From assembly GCA_964016885.1 (NCBI GenBank), contig OZ024741.1, positions 271,126,001 through 271,190,000 of the forward strand: 64,000 nucleotides of DNA. The letters are read 5' to 3'. A program made the translations under genes and the position numbers. How positions within the stretch are numbered: position 1 is the stretch's first letter; every line of letters starts with the position of its first letter. Below the pieces are notes generated by a model. It saw only the letters and a list, made by a program, of their open reading frames with translations. It was not told the DNA's origin and searched no databases. Below, piece by piece: positions 45,690-60,560 of this stretch. The DNA comes from Eledone cirrhosa. Taxonomy: Eukaryota.

Positions 45690-45925
45690 CTCTTTCACAT
45701 CCATTTCAGGTGATGTCAGCGGCCTTCAGATCACCATGAAATGTCCACCGCTTGCGTCTAAGAGCAGTCCAAGTCATCGCTGCTTTCGAGTAACGATAAT
45801 GGAATAAAGAATGTGGCCATCTACGTAGAACCGTCGCTCCATAATTATTTCTGGCAGCAGTCGGGAATTTGCCCTTCTCAGGATCCTTTTATTTGTAGTC
45901 CGGTCAGATCAGGTGACCATCATAA
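45690..45925 (-). mobile_element. Old RTE-like LINE remnant
   Basis: SDRTTNKRILRRANSRLLPEIIMERRFYVDGHIL resembles the RTE post-RT region. Confidence 0.45.
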
Positions 45926-46429
45926 TTAGAAACAATTATGCTTATTTTCCCGTTTCCTTCCTTTTTTTTTTTTGCTTTTTATTTTACTTTCGTTTATCTT
46001 TCTATTTCATGTTTAATCTCTCATTCTATCTTCAGAGGAATGTCTTACGTCCGAAACGTACAAACTCTTTTCCTACTATATCAAGCAATTAACTTAATAC
46101 AATACAATGATATATATATATATATAGAATTCACAAGAATCAAAGCTATGTTCAACGCATTTATTCACTTACAATTGTTTCATCCAAAGTTAGGCTTGGA
46201 GTCCTTGGAGCATTTTTCAATGTTTGTACACATGATTGACCTCCTGAACATAGCTTTGATTCTTGTGAATTCTATGTAACTGCTCTGTAGAACAATTGAT
46301 GTTATTACATTGAGCTATTTATCTTACTGGTAATAAGGTAGTAATAAATTACTGACCTTGACTGTTTAGGGTTTAAAATATATATAACTATAAAAAGTTT
46401 TAGTATATACATAACCATAAATAGTATCC

Positions 46430-46518
<89 letters not shown>

Positions 46519-47179
46519 ATCGGAGAAAGCTAATAGCGATACTCCGGCCAAATTCCAACTCACTCAACAAACATTAAGAAATACCTGAGTATATTCCTAA
46601 TTAAACGTTCGGGGTGCTAACTAATTGTATTGTATGGAAAATTGGTGTATCATTTCAAATGAGATATATCAAATATCAAATATATCACTTTCCAGACGAC
46701 TCGTTTGATTATAAGATTTCTACAAGTTGGGTGAAATTATACCAAATTATGTAGAAGCTTGTATAAGATCAACAGATACTTATTCAAGTGGGCTCTTACA
46801 ATTCTTCAGTGGGTGCCCAATAATATTTATATTAATAACCAAATCAACATCAATATTTAGCGATAATCACCATCAGTGCTTGAGGGAGCTGCTAGGTTGT
46901 TAGTCCAGCAGTTCTAAAGAAAATCTCACACTGTCCCGAAAATAGGAGGAAGGAGACTACCGCCAAAAACAATACATGCGCAGGTCGTTGAACTCTGAAA
47001 AGAATTCAAGCCACGTACTAAGAACCCAATTGGATATGAAAAAATAACCATATGTGCGCATCGCTAAATGACACAGATATTTTCTCGGGCAAAAAACCAC
47101 ACACACATATATATATATATATTTCGTTTCAGAATTTGTTTAACAAGATTCTTTATCTGAAAACGTGCGTTGAAACCGG

Positions 47180-47460
<281 letters not shown>

Positions 47461-47507
47461 GTCACAATAAGAAGTCAAATTTGAAGCTTGTTATGAAACT
47501 TTATTAC

Positions 47508-47592
47508 ATATTAAAATTATTTCGATATCGATCAGCTCGGGTTTGATCAGGCGATCGGATCCCGACTCTTAATCGCCACCTCTTCAGATATG
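47508..47592 (-). ncRNA. Hammerhead-like motif with extended stem II
   Basis: catat-CTGAAGA-ggtggcgat...atcgatatc-GAAA-taattt-TA-atatg; related fragment with GAAAcgcgcgTC at ~52975-53015 minus. Confidence 0.5.
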
Positions 47593-47801
47593 CGAGTTTA
47601 TATGGACGGTCCCATCCATGTATTGTATGGTTCTCCCATGTTGTTTTTTCTTGCTGACTTTTCTCATATATGTACAGTATGGTATGATATGGTACCGTAA
47701 CTCCTGACGGAGCTGTAGTGACATACAGCGTTCCTTGGGCATCTGGCGGAACTCATCTCCTCTCCAGGTCTGAACACATCAGATTTCTTCCAGAGAAGGA
47801 T

Positions 47802-47848
<47 letters not shown>

Positions 47849-48902
47849 GGAGAATCGACCCCAGTAGTAGACTAATAATTTTTTATCGACCTCGAATGGA
47901 TGAAAGGCAAAGTTGACCTCGGTGGGATTTGAACTCAGAGAGCAGAGAGGCGGAACCAACACCACAAAGCATTTTTAAGCTTGGCGGAGCCCATCCCTCT
48001 CCAGGTTTGAATACAGCCGATGTCTTCCAGAAAAGTATAGAGAGTGAGACAGAGAAGTGTGAGAAAGGGACATAGAAGAAGAATTGACCCCCAGTACTAC
48101 ACTGGTACTTTTTTTCATTGTCCTCGAATGGATGAAAGGCAAAGTCGACCTCGGTGGGATTTGAACTGAGAGAACAGAGAGTCGAAACCAATAACACAAA
48201 GCATTCTATCCGACATTCTAACGAATCTACCAATTCGCCACCTTTTCGTATATGTACCCTACTTCAATAGCATGCTCTGGCTTAATGTAATTATCAGAAA
48301 TGGCTGCGGGCCTTAACCTATCTTTTATATTGCCATAAATATAGTAAATATCAACTTTATATCTGTTCAATTCCTACTATTTAATATTTAGTCATAGTAA
48401 TTCATCCGAGACTGCTGTGCTAGTATGCGTAATATATATTTATATATATATATATATATATATGTCTTTCCTCATGTGCGTTTTATTTTTCATAATCACG
48501 CATGATGGTGAACTAGCCTGTTTTAAATTCCCTTTTTGGCATATTAATCAGTGAGAATCTTGGTTATCGAGTTGAGCTCTGCTGATGATCGAATTCCGAC
48601 CGTGACCATCTCCACTGAAAGTTTTCGTGAAATAGTCTTTAAGGCTATACAGAGCATTTGAAGTTTTTCCAAATTGAAGGATGAGTATTTTAAACTTTAT
48701 TTTATCATGAGATAAGGCTCTATTGATTTTTCCCTGGATTTCACTAAATTCTGTGGATAAATCTATATCCTGATTCTCTTTGAGATGAATTTGAATTATT
48801 TTTCCCACATCTTACGGTAACTATTTTCCCCATTTTGACGCTATAGTCACATATATTATGGAATACTGTTGGCTTTTCGCTGCAATGTTTTCTATACCTT
48901 TC

Positions 48903-48967
<65 letters not shown>

Positions 48968-49020
48968 TATATATATATATATATATACATACATACTTAC
49001 ACACATATATATATATATAC

Positions 49021-49065
<45 letters not shown>

Positions 49066-49084
49066 TACATATATATACATACAC

Positions 49085-49117
<33 letters not shown>

Positions 49118-49124
49118 CACACAC

Positions 49125-49203
<79 letters not shown>

Positions 49204-49300
49204 TATATATATATACACACATATATATGTGTGTGTGTGTTACCCTTGAAATATATATAATAGAATAAATATTCTTTTATAAATATAGTTTCCATTTATT

Positions 49301-49480
49301 TAATTGTTTCTACTTTAGGCACAAGGCCAGCAATTACCCAGTGCATTACTGGTACTTTATTTTATCGACCCCGTAAGGATGAAAGGCAAAGTCAACCTCG
49401 GCGGGATTTGAACTCAGATCGTAAAGGGACGTAACTATGCTGGAAAGCATGGCGTCCGACCCTCTACCGATACTGCCAAT
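49301..49480 (-). mobile_element. Meta-like tRNA SINE inserted in a family W element
   Basis: Consensus match; TSD atttatttaat. Confidence 0.85.
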
Positions 49481-49602
49481 ATTTATTTAATATCAATGAA
49501 TTATACTTGTCGAGTGCTCTGATGAATCAGTTATAAACATTTATATTTGTTGAATTACCAACAAATTGAATATCCCTTCTGCTTATACATATATACCCTT
49601 TG

Positions 49603-49691
<89 letters not shown>

Positions 49692-49775
49692 TGTATATAT
49701 ATATGTGTATATATATATATATGTGTATATATATATATGTTTGTATGTATGTATATATATATGTATATATATATA

Positions 49776-49820
<45 letters not shown>

Positions 49821-49966
49821 CAAAGGTATATATATATGTATATATAATTCATACTTGAAAATAAAGATGTTTATTGTCGAATCTTTAATTTACAGAATAT
49901 ATATGACACAGATGGTCACACATACATACATACATACATACATACATACATACATACATACATACA

Positions 49967-51147
49967 TGGTGGCTGCCAACTCGTTTTCGAGTACGGCCAC
50001 TACTTTATATCCATGTAGGAGAACCCCTACTGATGTGCTGAACGAGTGTGACTTTTTAGTCCAGCCAGCGACTTGAAAACTCTGGTACAAACACTACACT
50101 TGTGACAATTTGACAATTATTGACACATAGTGGTGGGCCCATGGTACTATGTGACGACAAGTGCAGAGAGATCTCCAGATATAAAGCAATGCCTGTGCCG
50201 TGAAGGTTTTAGAGTGAGCAAAGGCACTGCACGAAGCCAGTCCCACTCTCTTAACTAAGATGATATTTACCAAAAAGAAGAACAAGTCAACATCATTGGA
50301 TACCATCAGGGTTGCAGGTGTTATATCAGAGTTTTTCTTCTAGAATTCTGCCTTGACATAGGCTAAGGGGTCATCTCTCCCGGTGATTTTGGATGGCCAT
50401 TGACTCATAAGAGCTCCTTTGCCATACATATACATACATATATACATACATATATACATATATGGTGGCTGCCAACTCGTTTTCGAGTACGGCCACTACT
50501 TTATATCCATGTAGGAGAACCCCTACCGAAGCGCTGAACGAGTGTGACTTTTTAGTCCAGCCACCGACTTGAAAACTCTGGTACAAACACTACACTTGTG
50601 ACAATTATTGACACATAGTGCTGGGCCCATGGTACCATGTGACGACAAGTGCAGAGAGATCTCCAGATATATAGCAATGCCTGTGCCGTGAAGCTTTTAT
50701 AGTGAGCAAAGGCACTGCACAAAGCCAGTCCCACTCTCTTAACCAAGATGATATTTACCAAAAAGAAGAACAAGTCAACATCATTGGATACCATCAGGGT
50801 TGCAGGTGTTATATCAGAGTTTTCCTTCTCCTAGAATTCTGCCTTGACAAAGGCTAAGGGGTCATCTCTCCCGGTGATTTTGGATGGCCATTGACTCTTA
50901 AGAGCTCCTTTGCCCTTTGACAGGTTTTGTTTTTAGTCCTGCAGGATGTCCAAAGTCACCCTCCTCACCAAGAAACCTTGGTGGGGTTGCCAGTTTAGTC
51001 GCCAACGACCCGACCATGAGACAGGTTGTACTGGGATACATGTTAAAAGTAGCACCAACTGGTGACCTGACATGACATATATACATACATACATACATAC
51101 ATACACACATACATACATATGCATATACACATACATTCATACATACA

Positions 51148-51178
<31 letters not shown>

Positions 51179-51880
51179 GTATACATACATATGTATACAT
51201 ACATACACACATACATATGTATACATACATACATACATATGTATACATACATACATACATACATACATACATGGTGGCTGCCAACTCGTTTTCGAGTACG
51301 GCCACTACTTTATATCCATGTAGGAGAACCCCTACCGATGCGCTGAACAAGTGTGACTTTTTAGTCCAGCCAGCGACTTGAATACTCTGGTACAAACACT
51401 ACACTTGTGACAATTACTGACACATAGTGCTGGGCCCATGGTACCATGTGACGACAAGTGCAGAGAGATCTCCAGATATAAAGCAATGCCTGTGCCGTGA
51501 AGCTTTTATAGTGAGCAAAGGCACTGCACAAAGCCAGTCCCACTCTCTTAACCAAGATGATATTTACCAAAAAGAAGAACAAGTCAACATCATTGGATAC
51601 CATCAGGGTTGCAGGTGTTATATCAGAGTTTTCCTTCTCCTAGAATTCTGCCTTGACAAAGGCTAAGGGGTCATCTCTCCCGGTGATTTTGGATGGCCAT
51701 TGACTCTTAAGAGCTCCTTTGCCCTTTGACAGGTTTTGTTTTTAGTCCTGCAGGATGTCCAAAGTCACCCTCCTCACCAAGAAACCTTGATGGGGTTGCC
51801 AGTTTAGTCGCCAACGACCCGACCATGGGACAGGTTGTACTGGGATACATGTTACCAGTAGCACCAACTGGTGACCTGAC
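49967..51880 (-). mobile_element. Three tandem family U copies separated by (TATG)n
   Basis: 49967-50422 (truncated), 50462-51071, 51271-51880. Confidence 0.82.
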
Positions 51881-52063
51881 ATAATATATATATATATATG
51901 TATGTATATATGTATATACATATATACATATATACATACATACGTATATACATACATATATATATATATACATATATACATACGTATACACATACATATA
52001 TACATGCATACATATATACATATATATACATACATACACATTAACAAACACATAAACCAATTC

Positions 52064-52096
<33 letters not shown>

Positions 52097-52100
<4 letters not shown>

Positions 52101-52264
52101 AACGAGTAAGACCCCGACGGACTCGTCCAGAATTAGCCGTCGAAACGGCTTGAGCTCAGCCGTCGGGGTCCTACTCGTTCCTATTACCCACTCTACTACC
52201 CTAAGTAAGTATTGAGTACTTTGGTGCGTTATGGTCCACCTGGTTCCTTACCACATTTCCTTCG

Positions 52265-52266
<2 letters not shown>
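52097..52266 (+). mobile_element. Family P short element with short inverted duplication
   Basis: Same 3' end as 1950; ~23-bp inverted arm. Confidence 0.75.
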
Positions 52267-52319
<53 letters not shown>

Positions 52320-52403
52320 GTAAACAGAAATAACAACACAATCGGTACAGTATATGGAAGGGATATATTTGGTTAACGCTTGACATAGCAGGAAGGGGGG
52401 GGG

Positions 52404-52648
52404 GTCTTAACGTTTAGGACGCTAGTCCTTCATCAGAAGAAAGAATGAGAAATAAAATAGATTGAAGGGACGGGCGGGATAGAATTGGAAAAAATGTCTT
52501 TAGATAAAAATACCAGATCCCAAAATAACAGATCCAACTGTTAAGGGGACAACAAACAGAGGCACAAAAAGTCTTATTGGTTTCACGCTTTATATTGGAA
52601 AGAGGAAAAGAAGTTTAACGTGACGGGCTTAAGCCCTTCTTCAGGAGT
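52404..52648 (-). mobile_element. Decayed Penelope pLTR remnants with two hammerhead-like cores
   Basis: CTGAAGAagggcttaagcccGTCAC and tcttCTGATGAaggactagcgtccTAAACgttaaga. Confidence 0.5.
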
Positions 52649-52729
52649 ACAAATAGAGATAGTATCACAACGGAGGAACAGAAGAGGATCCGAGTAAAGA
52701 CATAAAAAAAACGAATATATATATATGGT

Positions 52730-52778
52730 GATTCCTGATGATTTCTAAAGAATGAAACAGTTCTAGTACTGTAGAATC
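52730..52778 (+). ncRNA. Type I hammerhead ribozyme motif (family Q element 52728-52862)
   Basis: gattc-CTGATGA-tttctaaagaat-GAAA-cag(ttctagta)ctg-TA-gaatc. Confidence 0.78.
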
Positions 52779-52861
52779 TCATCTATATTAAAACTTTTAT
52801 ACTCTGATATGTATTGAGTACCTTACTTACTGTGGTTACCTCCAATCCAACCCGGAATAAC

Positions 52862-52932
<71 letters not shown>

Positions 52933-53058
52933 AATACAAGGACAATTTGTTAAGCCTTCATTACGTTTATTGATTGGTGACGCGCGTTTCGTTATTGATC
53001 AGCTCATTCGATCCGTATCAATCTGGCCCGACCCTCCCTCTCTCTATATGTATATGTA

Positions 53059-53109
<51 letters not shown>

Positions 53110-53126
53110 TTATATATATATTTATA

Positions 53127-53187
<61 letters not shown>

Positions 53188-53716
53188 GGAGAGAGAAAGA
53201 GAGAGAGAGATTGATAGATATACATATGTATATGTAAATATATACACAAATGTATATATAATGCATAAATATATGTACATTTATATATCTATATCTCTCT
53301 CCCTATATATACAAGTTTATCCCGGGTTGAATCAGGGGTAACCACAGTAAGTAAGGTACTCAATACATAGCAGAGTATAAATATTTAATATAGATATGGC
53401 TTCTACTGGACTGTTTCATTCGGGAGAAATCATCATCATCATCATCATATATATATATATATGATGATGATATATATATATATATTATTCAAAATATTAA
53501 TAAATGAAAAATATTCTCATAACCAAAATATATATTTTATTATACATATTTCAAAGGTACAATATATATTTCTACCTTGCTGTACGTCCTCTTCTTCTCT
53601 AAGTTTATATTATTTGTGGTATAAAAACGTTGAGAGTTGGTGAAATAAATCACTGCCACTACTGGAATTGAATAATCAAAACCGTAGCGGTATGTCGCAT
53701 ATCAAATCTCTCATAT

Positions 53717-53777
53717 ATTTTATCTGATGAAAACGTACTTAAACACCATTGTACCTTTGAAATATGTATAATAAAAT
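53717..53777 (+). ncRNA. Minimal type I hammerhead motif (family W element 53486-53918)
   Basis: attttat-CTGATGA-aaacgtac(loop)gtaccttt-GAAA-tatgta-TA-ataaaat. Confidence 0.75.
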
Positions 53778-53915
53778 ATATATTTTGGTTATGAGAATAT
53801 TTTTCATTTATTAATATTTTGAATAATATTAAATACTCCAGAAAACTTGTCGAGTGCTTCTAATTTATTGTAAAATTGTATTCGTTGAATAATCAACGAA
53901 CCATATAAACTTTGG

Positions 53916-53959
<44 letters not shown>

Positions 53960-54128
53960 AAAAAAAGATGAAATCGAAAATGCAACTGGAGACTTAATTT
54001 AAAAAAATATATATATATATATTTTTAAATAAGACTCCAGTTGCATTTTCGATTTCATCTTTTTTTCTTTATACTATCATTCGTGTAGGACACCTCGATT
54101 ATTTTTCATTTTGTAAAAAAAACCTCAC

Positions 54129-54166
<38 letters not shown>

Positions 54167-54899
54167 CCTATCTATATATATATAATATATGTATATTTAC
54201 TTCTCTCTCCCGTTCCCTCTCTTTCTATCCATATATATATATATACATATACACATACTAAATTTAAGTTTAATCAATATATATAAACTATATACTGATT
54301 ATGTGATTATGTTTCTCAATAAAAAAAGCTTGAAGAACGTTAGTTGAGAGCCTAAAATTTTACAAGTTTACAACAATATAGAAAGTAATATATAGTCATA
54401 ATATCAATTGAAAATCTGCTAGTATTCTAAGAAGATATACTTACTTTAAAATAGTAAATATAAAGTTCCTAATGAGTAGGTCCAAAGGAATATATAGGAA
54501 GTAAAAAACTTCGATAAAGCAGGTACATATACCGTTGTAAAATATATATCTATGAAATATATATATATATGTATGAAATCCAAAAATAGTTCTAACAAGT
54601 ACCGCCCACATACTTCATAAATCTTTGTCATTGTAACGTATATGTCAACACAATCTTTTCTGTTTAAATTTTAGAGTAAATTTAATTGATGTTTAATACC
54701 ATTCAAATATATTTACTGCAAAATTAATTCATATCTTTTATAATCTTTTTTATTTCTTTTTATTTCTTCCTACGTTTCTATATTTATTTTCTCATAAAAA
54801 AAAAACAAACTTATTTCTTTCTCAATTTTTGTGATGTGACTTGTTAAGTGAATGTGAAGATAGAACAATAATAAAAATAATCTATCGTAAACTGTCAAA

Positions 54900-55260
54900 A
54901 CCAACGATGCCTGCCCCAAACCCAGGTTCTGCTGCACGTCGGGCTGAGGAGGCCAAGCTCCTCAAATGCCGGTCGCTCTCCGACAGGTTTGCGGTTGTAC
55001 CCCTGGCAGTGGAGTCTTCTGGTGTCCTTGGCCCTAGAGCTACTTCCATACTCACCACCATAGGCGCTGAGCTGGCCAGCCGCAGGTGTGAACCCCGCGA
55101 GTTGGAGTGGCTTTTCCAGCGCGTCTCCCTTGCCGTCCTCCGTGGGAACGCCTTCTCCATCCTGTCCGCCGGGGCTGTGTGTGTGTGTGTGTGGGAGGGG
55201 GCATCGCGTAGCATTCTATATTTAGCTTTCCCCCTAGTTATTGTTTAGCCATTAGTCGCC
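54900..55260 (+). mobile_element. CRE-clade non-LTR retrotransposon 3' fragment (RLE domain C-terminus)
   Basis: GSAARRAEEAKLLK...PLAVESSGVLG...WLFQRVSLAVLRGNAFSI; GC-rich island. Confidence 0.7.
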
Positions 55261-55471
55261 ACTCGGTATTTATTACCATCCTATATACTACTTTAGTCAC
55301 AACACTTATACTATACAGACTTGGAGTATCTGAGTCTATATTTAACTTCCAGTTATAATTATTATACATATATTATATATCTTGTTTTTTTAAATTTATT
55401 TTCTGTATATTAAGATTTTTTTATTATCAGTGATGGTGATAGAGATGGGATCAACCCCTTACCTTCTTAAA

Positions 55472-56105
55472 ATAATTGTTTCTACTGTTGGCACAAGGCC
55501 AGCAATTATCCCAGTGTATTACTGGTACTTTATTTTATCGACCCCGTAAGGATGAAAGGCAAAGTTAACCTCGGCGGGATTTGAACTCAGTCCGTAAAGG
55601 GACATAACTGTGCTGCAAAGCAGGGCATCCGACCCTCTACCGATACTGCCAATATGAAATAATGGTGGTTTCTAAGTTTAGCCCAAGGCCAAAAGTTTCG
55701 GGAGGGAAGGGAACGTCGATTGTGTCGATTCCAATACTTCACTAGTAGTTTGTTTTATCGATCTGGAAGCATGAAAGGCAGAGTTAATCTCAAAGAGATT
55801 TGAATTCAGAACGTAAAGGGTCGTAACTATGTTCCGCATAAATTCTATCTGACCCTCTACCAATTATGTCAAACAGTAATAACAACCATAATATTAATGA
55901 TTTAGACACAAGGCCAGCAAATTTGGGCAAAGAGCAATTTAATCCAATCCACCTCAGTATTTTACTGGTACGTTATTTGATCGACCCTAGAAAGATGAGA
56001 AGCAAAATTAACCTCGGTGGGGTTTGAAGTTAGAATGTGTGTAAAGAACCAGAACAAATACCACAATGGTATTTTATCCGATGCTCTACCAATTCTGCTA
56101 ATCCT
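55472..56105 (-). mobile_element. Cluster of three Meta-like SINEs (one young, two old)
   Basis: Consensus matches at ~55472, 55665 and 55900. Confidence 0.75.
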
Positions 56106-56451
56106 CTCACTAGCAATAATGTTACACTGTAATATCAGTCTCTAAAGATTCTAATTTATCTCCAAAGAAGAGGAAATATTACCAAAATATAAAGATATGA
56201 AAATAGTGTTAACTATAGTTTGGGGATCAGAAACAATTCTCATAATTGTAGGAGTTTCGGGGAATATATTGAAACAAAAACAAACAACAAAATCAACAAA
56301 TGTATACATGCAATAATAAATATATATAAACACATATATACATATATTCATATATATATATATATATATATATTCACGCAACGATATATATAAATCATAA
56401 AGCAGATATTTCCTAGCACAAATTAAAAGTTTATGCAAACAATTTTTCCTT

Positions 56452-56515
<64 letters not shown>

Positions 56516-56681
56516 TAAAATAACAGATTAAAGTTTAAGCAAAGAATCGCTGCTTTCACCCTTAACGGGATCTTTGCTTAAACTTTAATCTGTTATTTTA
56601 ATAAATATTTGCTCTACGGTTCTTATATATTTGATATATATTTATCCTTATGGAGCCCTCTTTGGATTTTAGTCTTCAAAT

Positions 56682-56712
<31 letters not shown>

Positions 56713-56786
56713 TTATATATTATATATTATGAAAGGGGTCAGGACCCCGACGGCTGAGCTCCGGCCGTTTCGACAGCTAGATCCGA

Positions 56787-56825
<39 letters not shown>

Positions 56826-57157
56826 ACGTATGAAGTGTGGTAAGGAACCAGATGGACCATAACGCACCAGAGTACTCAATACTTAGGGTAGTAGAGTGGG
56901 TAATAGGAAAATGTTTAACTCAAATGTTTAACTCAAGCCGTTTCGACGGCTATTTCTGGACTAAATTAGAATTGTTAGCGTGGTAATAAATAGCCGAGCT
57001 TTTCAAGGGGTAATTCCTTATATAGGAAGGATTGGTCAAAATTTCTTGTAAACACAATTAAACAAAATTTTTTGTAAACAAAAAAGATATATATATATAC
57101 TCTTTTACTCTTTTACCTGTTACAGCCATCCGGCTGAGGCCATGCTGGCACGACCCT

Positions 57158-57239
<82 letters not shown>

Positions 57240-57392
57240 CATATCGTATATGTGTAGTTGAAAAAGGAGCTAAAGCTCCATACGTAGAAAATTATAGGTA
57301 AAAAGTGTAAGCGAAAAAAGCGCATTTAAAGATTATTTTGAATCTGAGAGAATGAATATATTTATAATTGGTACATTAAATAAATTTGTCAC

Positions 57393-57500
<108 letters not shown>

Positions 57501-57729
57501 CTGCGTGTGCGTATGTGTGTGTATCCATATGTGGTTGACGACTGAGAGAAAAGAGTACTGAATACCCAAGAAGAGTTTTGATATTCATTTTATTAATTCA
57601 CTATTTATTTTATTAAGACCTAAACTGTTTATCACCGGGTCATCAACCAAGTTCTTGTCTTGCCTTAATAAAATTAATATATATATATATATATACACAC
57701 ACACATACAACACACATATATGTATGTAA

Positions 57730-57797
<68 letters not shown>

Positions 57798-57894
57798 TCA
57801 TTTTATTAAGGCTAGACAAAACTCACTATTCAGTCTTAATATAATGAATATTAAACTCTTCTTGGGTATCCAGTACTATATATATATATATATA

Positions 57895-58195
57895 TATATT
57901 GGTAAACGGAATAGAAAATGCTGACAAATTGTTCACAGTTGAAAAATGGTTTAATTAGGAATAAAAGAGTATTAGTGAATGTATGGGTTAGTATTCAGAG
58001 CAAACAACACGGACACTCTATCTCAAAATTATTTTTTGAAAAGCATTTAGAAATGCGCAACCGGTAAAAACTTAAAAACTTAAAACCACAACTGAATACT
58101 AACCCATACAATCACTAATACTCTTTTATTCCTAATTAAACCATTTTTCAACTGTGAACAATTTGTCAGCATTTTCTATTCCGTTTACCAATATA
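57895..58195. repeat. Inverted repeat with ~100-bp arms in (TA)n
   Basis: 57895-57998 versus 58092-58195. Confidence 0.85.
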
Positions 58196-58799
58196 TAATA
58201 ACTTGTGTGTTACACCTCTATTCTTTTAACTATATATATATACATACATATATATATATATGTAATGTGGCTGGTGAAAATCATACGTTTTATAAATTTT
58301 CTTATTTCTATTCTGAAGTAAAATATTTCTAGATCTGTATAAGGTCTAGCAGAAAAACCACCCTTCGGGTGGTTTTCTACTAGCATGTGTAGTGTGTATG
58401 TTGATATTATACGCAGGTATATATGCATGTAGATATGATCAAATCCACAGAAATTGAACGAAGACTGCGTTACACTGCCTTATGTAATCAGTAACGTAAT
58501 CCATGATACATTAAAAAAGACGGTATTATATATAATCTGCATTAGGAGAAAATTAGTGACAGAAAATTAGTATGTTTATTTAAGCGATGGCCAACCGGAA
58601 GTGTTGACATTTCAGAAATTTTAAAGAAGTGAATCTTTAAATAAACAAAATATATTTAATCAACAGCCACGAAATTTAGTAGATAAATTATGTAATATTC
58701 ATTCATTATTTATTCAAAGTAATCCAACTTATTTTACTAATGGGATAAAAAATTATAAACCGTACGCAGTCCCGCGCTCCTTATTTTATTATAGTTTAG

Positions 58800-59228
58800 A
58801 TATGGAAAAAAGGAAAGGACAGATCAATCAGACTATATGAAGGAGGCCACGCTTCAATAATTGATACACTCCGCTTATCATATTTCCTGGTGTAGAAGAG
58901 GTGATATCTTAACTTATAGGGTTAGTAAGGAGCAGATATTGTAATAGCCTCGGGTTCAAAGGCTCCCAACTCTTTAATAAGTTGCCAAGAAAAATAAGAG
59001 CTCTGCATGGTGTGAACATGGATGTTTTCAAGAAACATCTTGACACTCTGTTATCCAGGATCCCAGATGAACCCACAGCACGGAATGAAGGTAACTTAAG
59101 GGCAGCAGAAACGAACTCCCTCCTACATCAATGGCCAGCCAACGTGGGCTGGATATAGAAATTGAAGCAACAAGGACGGTGGCCCATCATGGTCTCGGCT
59201 GGAACAGGTAAAAGAGTAAAAGGGTAAC
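58800..59228 (+). mobile_element. CR1-group LINE 3' remnant
   Basis: SLGFKGSQLFNKLPRKIR...FKKHLDTLLSRIPDEP...NSLLHQ; gtaaaaga-type tail. Confidence 0.65.
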
Positions 59229-59637
59229 CGGATAAGAGCACAAACTCTCTCATCTGATCTTGTCAGAATTCAGCTAATCCACCTCTGCACCTTATTCGTC
59301 TGTTTTTTTTTTCTTTAACGACCCCGAAAAGATAACAAACAAACTTATCCCTGGTGGGATGTGAACTCAAAGCCAACCGGAGGGTTTTAAACCAATTCTC
59401 TTACAGTTCGTTACCTATAACATTATTTCTTTTTATTAGATATTTCGATAATGTTGGCAATTCCATAGTTAAGGTTATTGAAACCCTAACATTCGAACTT
59501 GATTGCCGTATCGAAAATCTCGATTATGTCTTCGATATCTCCCATTAACTTAGGTTGTTTAAAGCGTAAAAGAGGAACACATGATACGACAAGCAGATCA
59601 ACACTGTAGATATTGCTATTGACAGCCATAGAGCTTA

Positions 59638-59825
59638 ATAATTGTTTCTACTTTTGGCACAAGGCTAGCAATTACCCAGAACATTACTGGTACTTTATTT
59701 TATCGACCCCGTAAGGATGAAAGGCAAAGTTAACCTCGGCGGGATTTGAACTCAGAATGACAAGGGCCGTAATTCTATGCTTCAAAGCATGGCGTCCGAC
59801 CCTCTACCGATACTGCCAATCCACG
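59638..59825 (-). mobile_element. Meta-like tRNA SINE
   Basis: Consensus match. Confidence 0.85.
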
Positions 59826-60069
59826 GCCCTTCTTAATGATGTGAAAGGACGTATGAAATCTATAATAGATCAAACATGATTGGGACATTATTTAATCGAT
59901 CCGGTAACGGCGAATGATAACGTAAACAAGATCGATCACTTAGAGCGCAGACGCCGAATCTTACCAGAGATATATTATTCATGTCATCCAGGTCCAAGAT
60001 ACATCAACTCAGTCCCCAGCCCCAACTCATTCACGTAAACACGCACACACACATATATGTGTGTTTTTA

Positions 60070-60149
<80 letters not shown>

Positions 60150-60294
60150 GTGTGTGTGTATGTGTGTGCGTGTGTATACACGTATATAAATTGTTTAAAA
60201 CTACAAGTGAAGTCATTCTTTTCCTTTTTTTACAAATATACCTAATTGTGCCAAGGTTTTCACACATTTTCCAATATATATATATATATATATA

Positions 60295-60496
60295 TTTTAA
60301 TATAGATGAGATTCTACAGGACTAGAACTGTTTCATTCTTTAGAAATCATCAGGAATCTCCTGAGATTCCTGATGATTTCTAAAGAATGAAACAGTTCTA
60401 GTCCTGTAGAATCTCATCTATATTAAAACTTTTATACTCTGCTATGTATTGAGTACCTTACTTACTGTGGTTATTTCCGATTCAACCCAGAATAAC

Positions 60497-60498
<2 letters not shown>
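60295..60498 (+). mobile_element. Family Q element with inverted duplication giving hammerheads on both strands
   Basis: 60295-60360 is the reverse complement of 60363-60428; HHR at 60362-60416. Confidence 0.8.

Positions 60499-60560
<62 letters not shown>

Noticed and set aside
45322-45807. 161-aa plus-strand ORF as a host gene
   Set aside because: No recognisable domain; overlaps the antisense of an RTE-like remnant.
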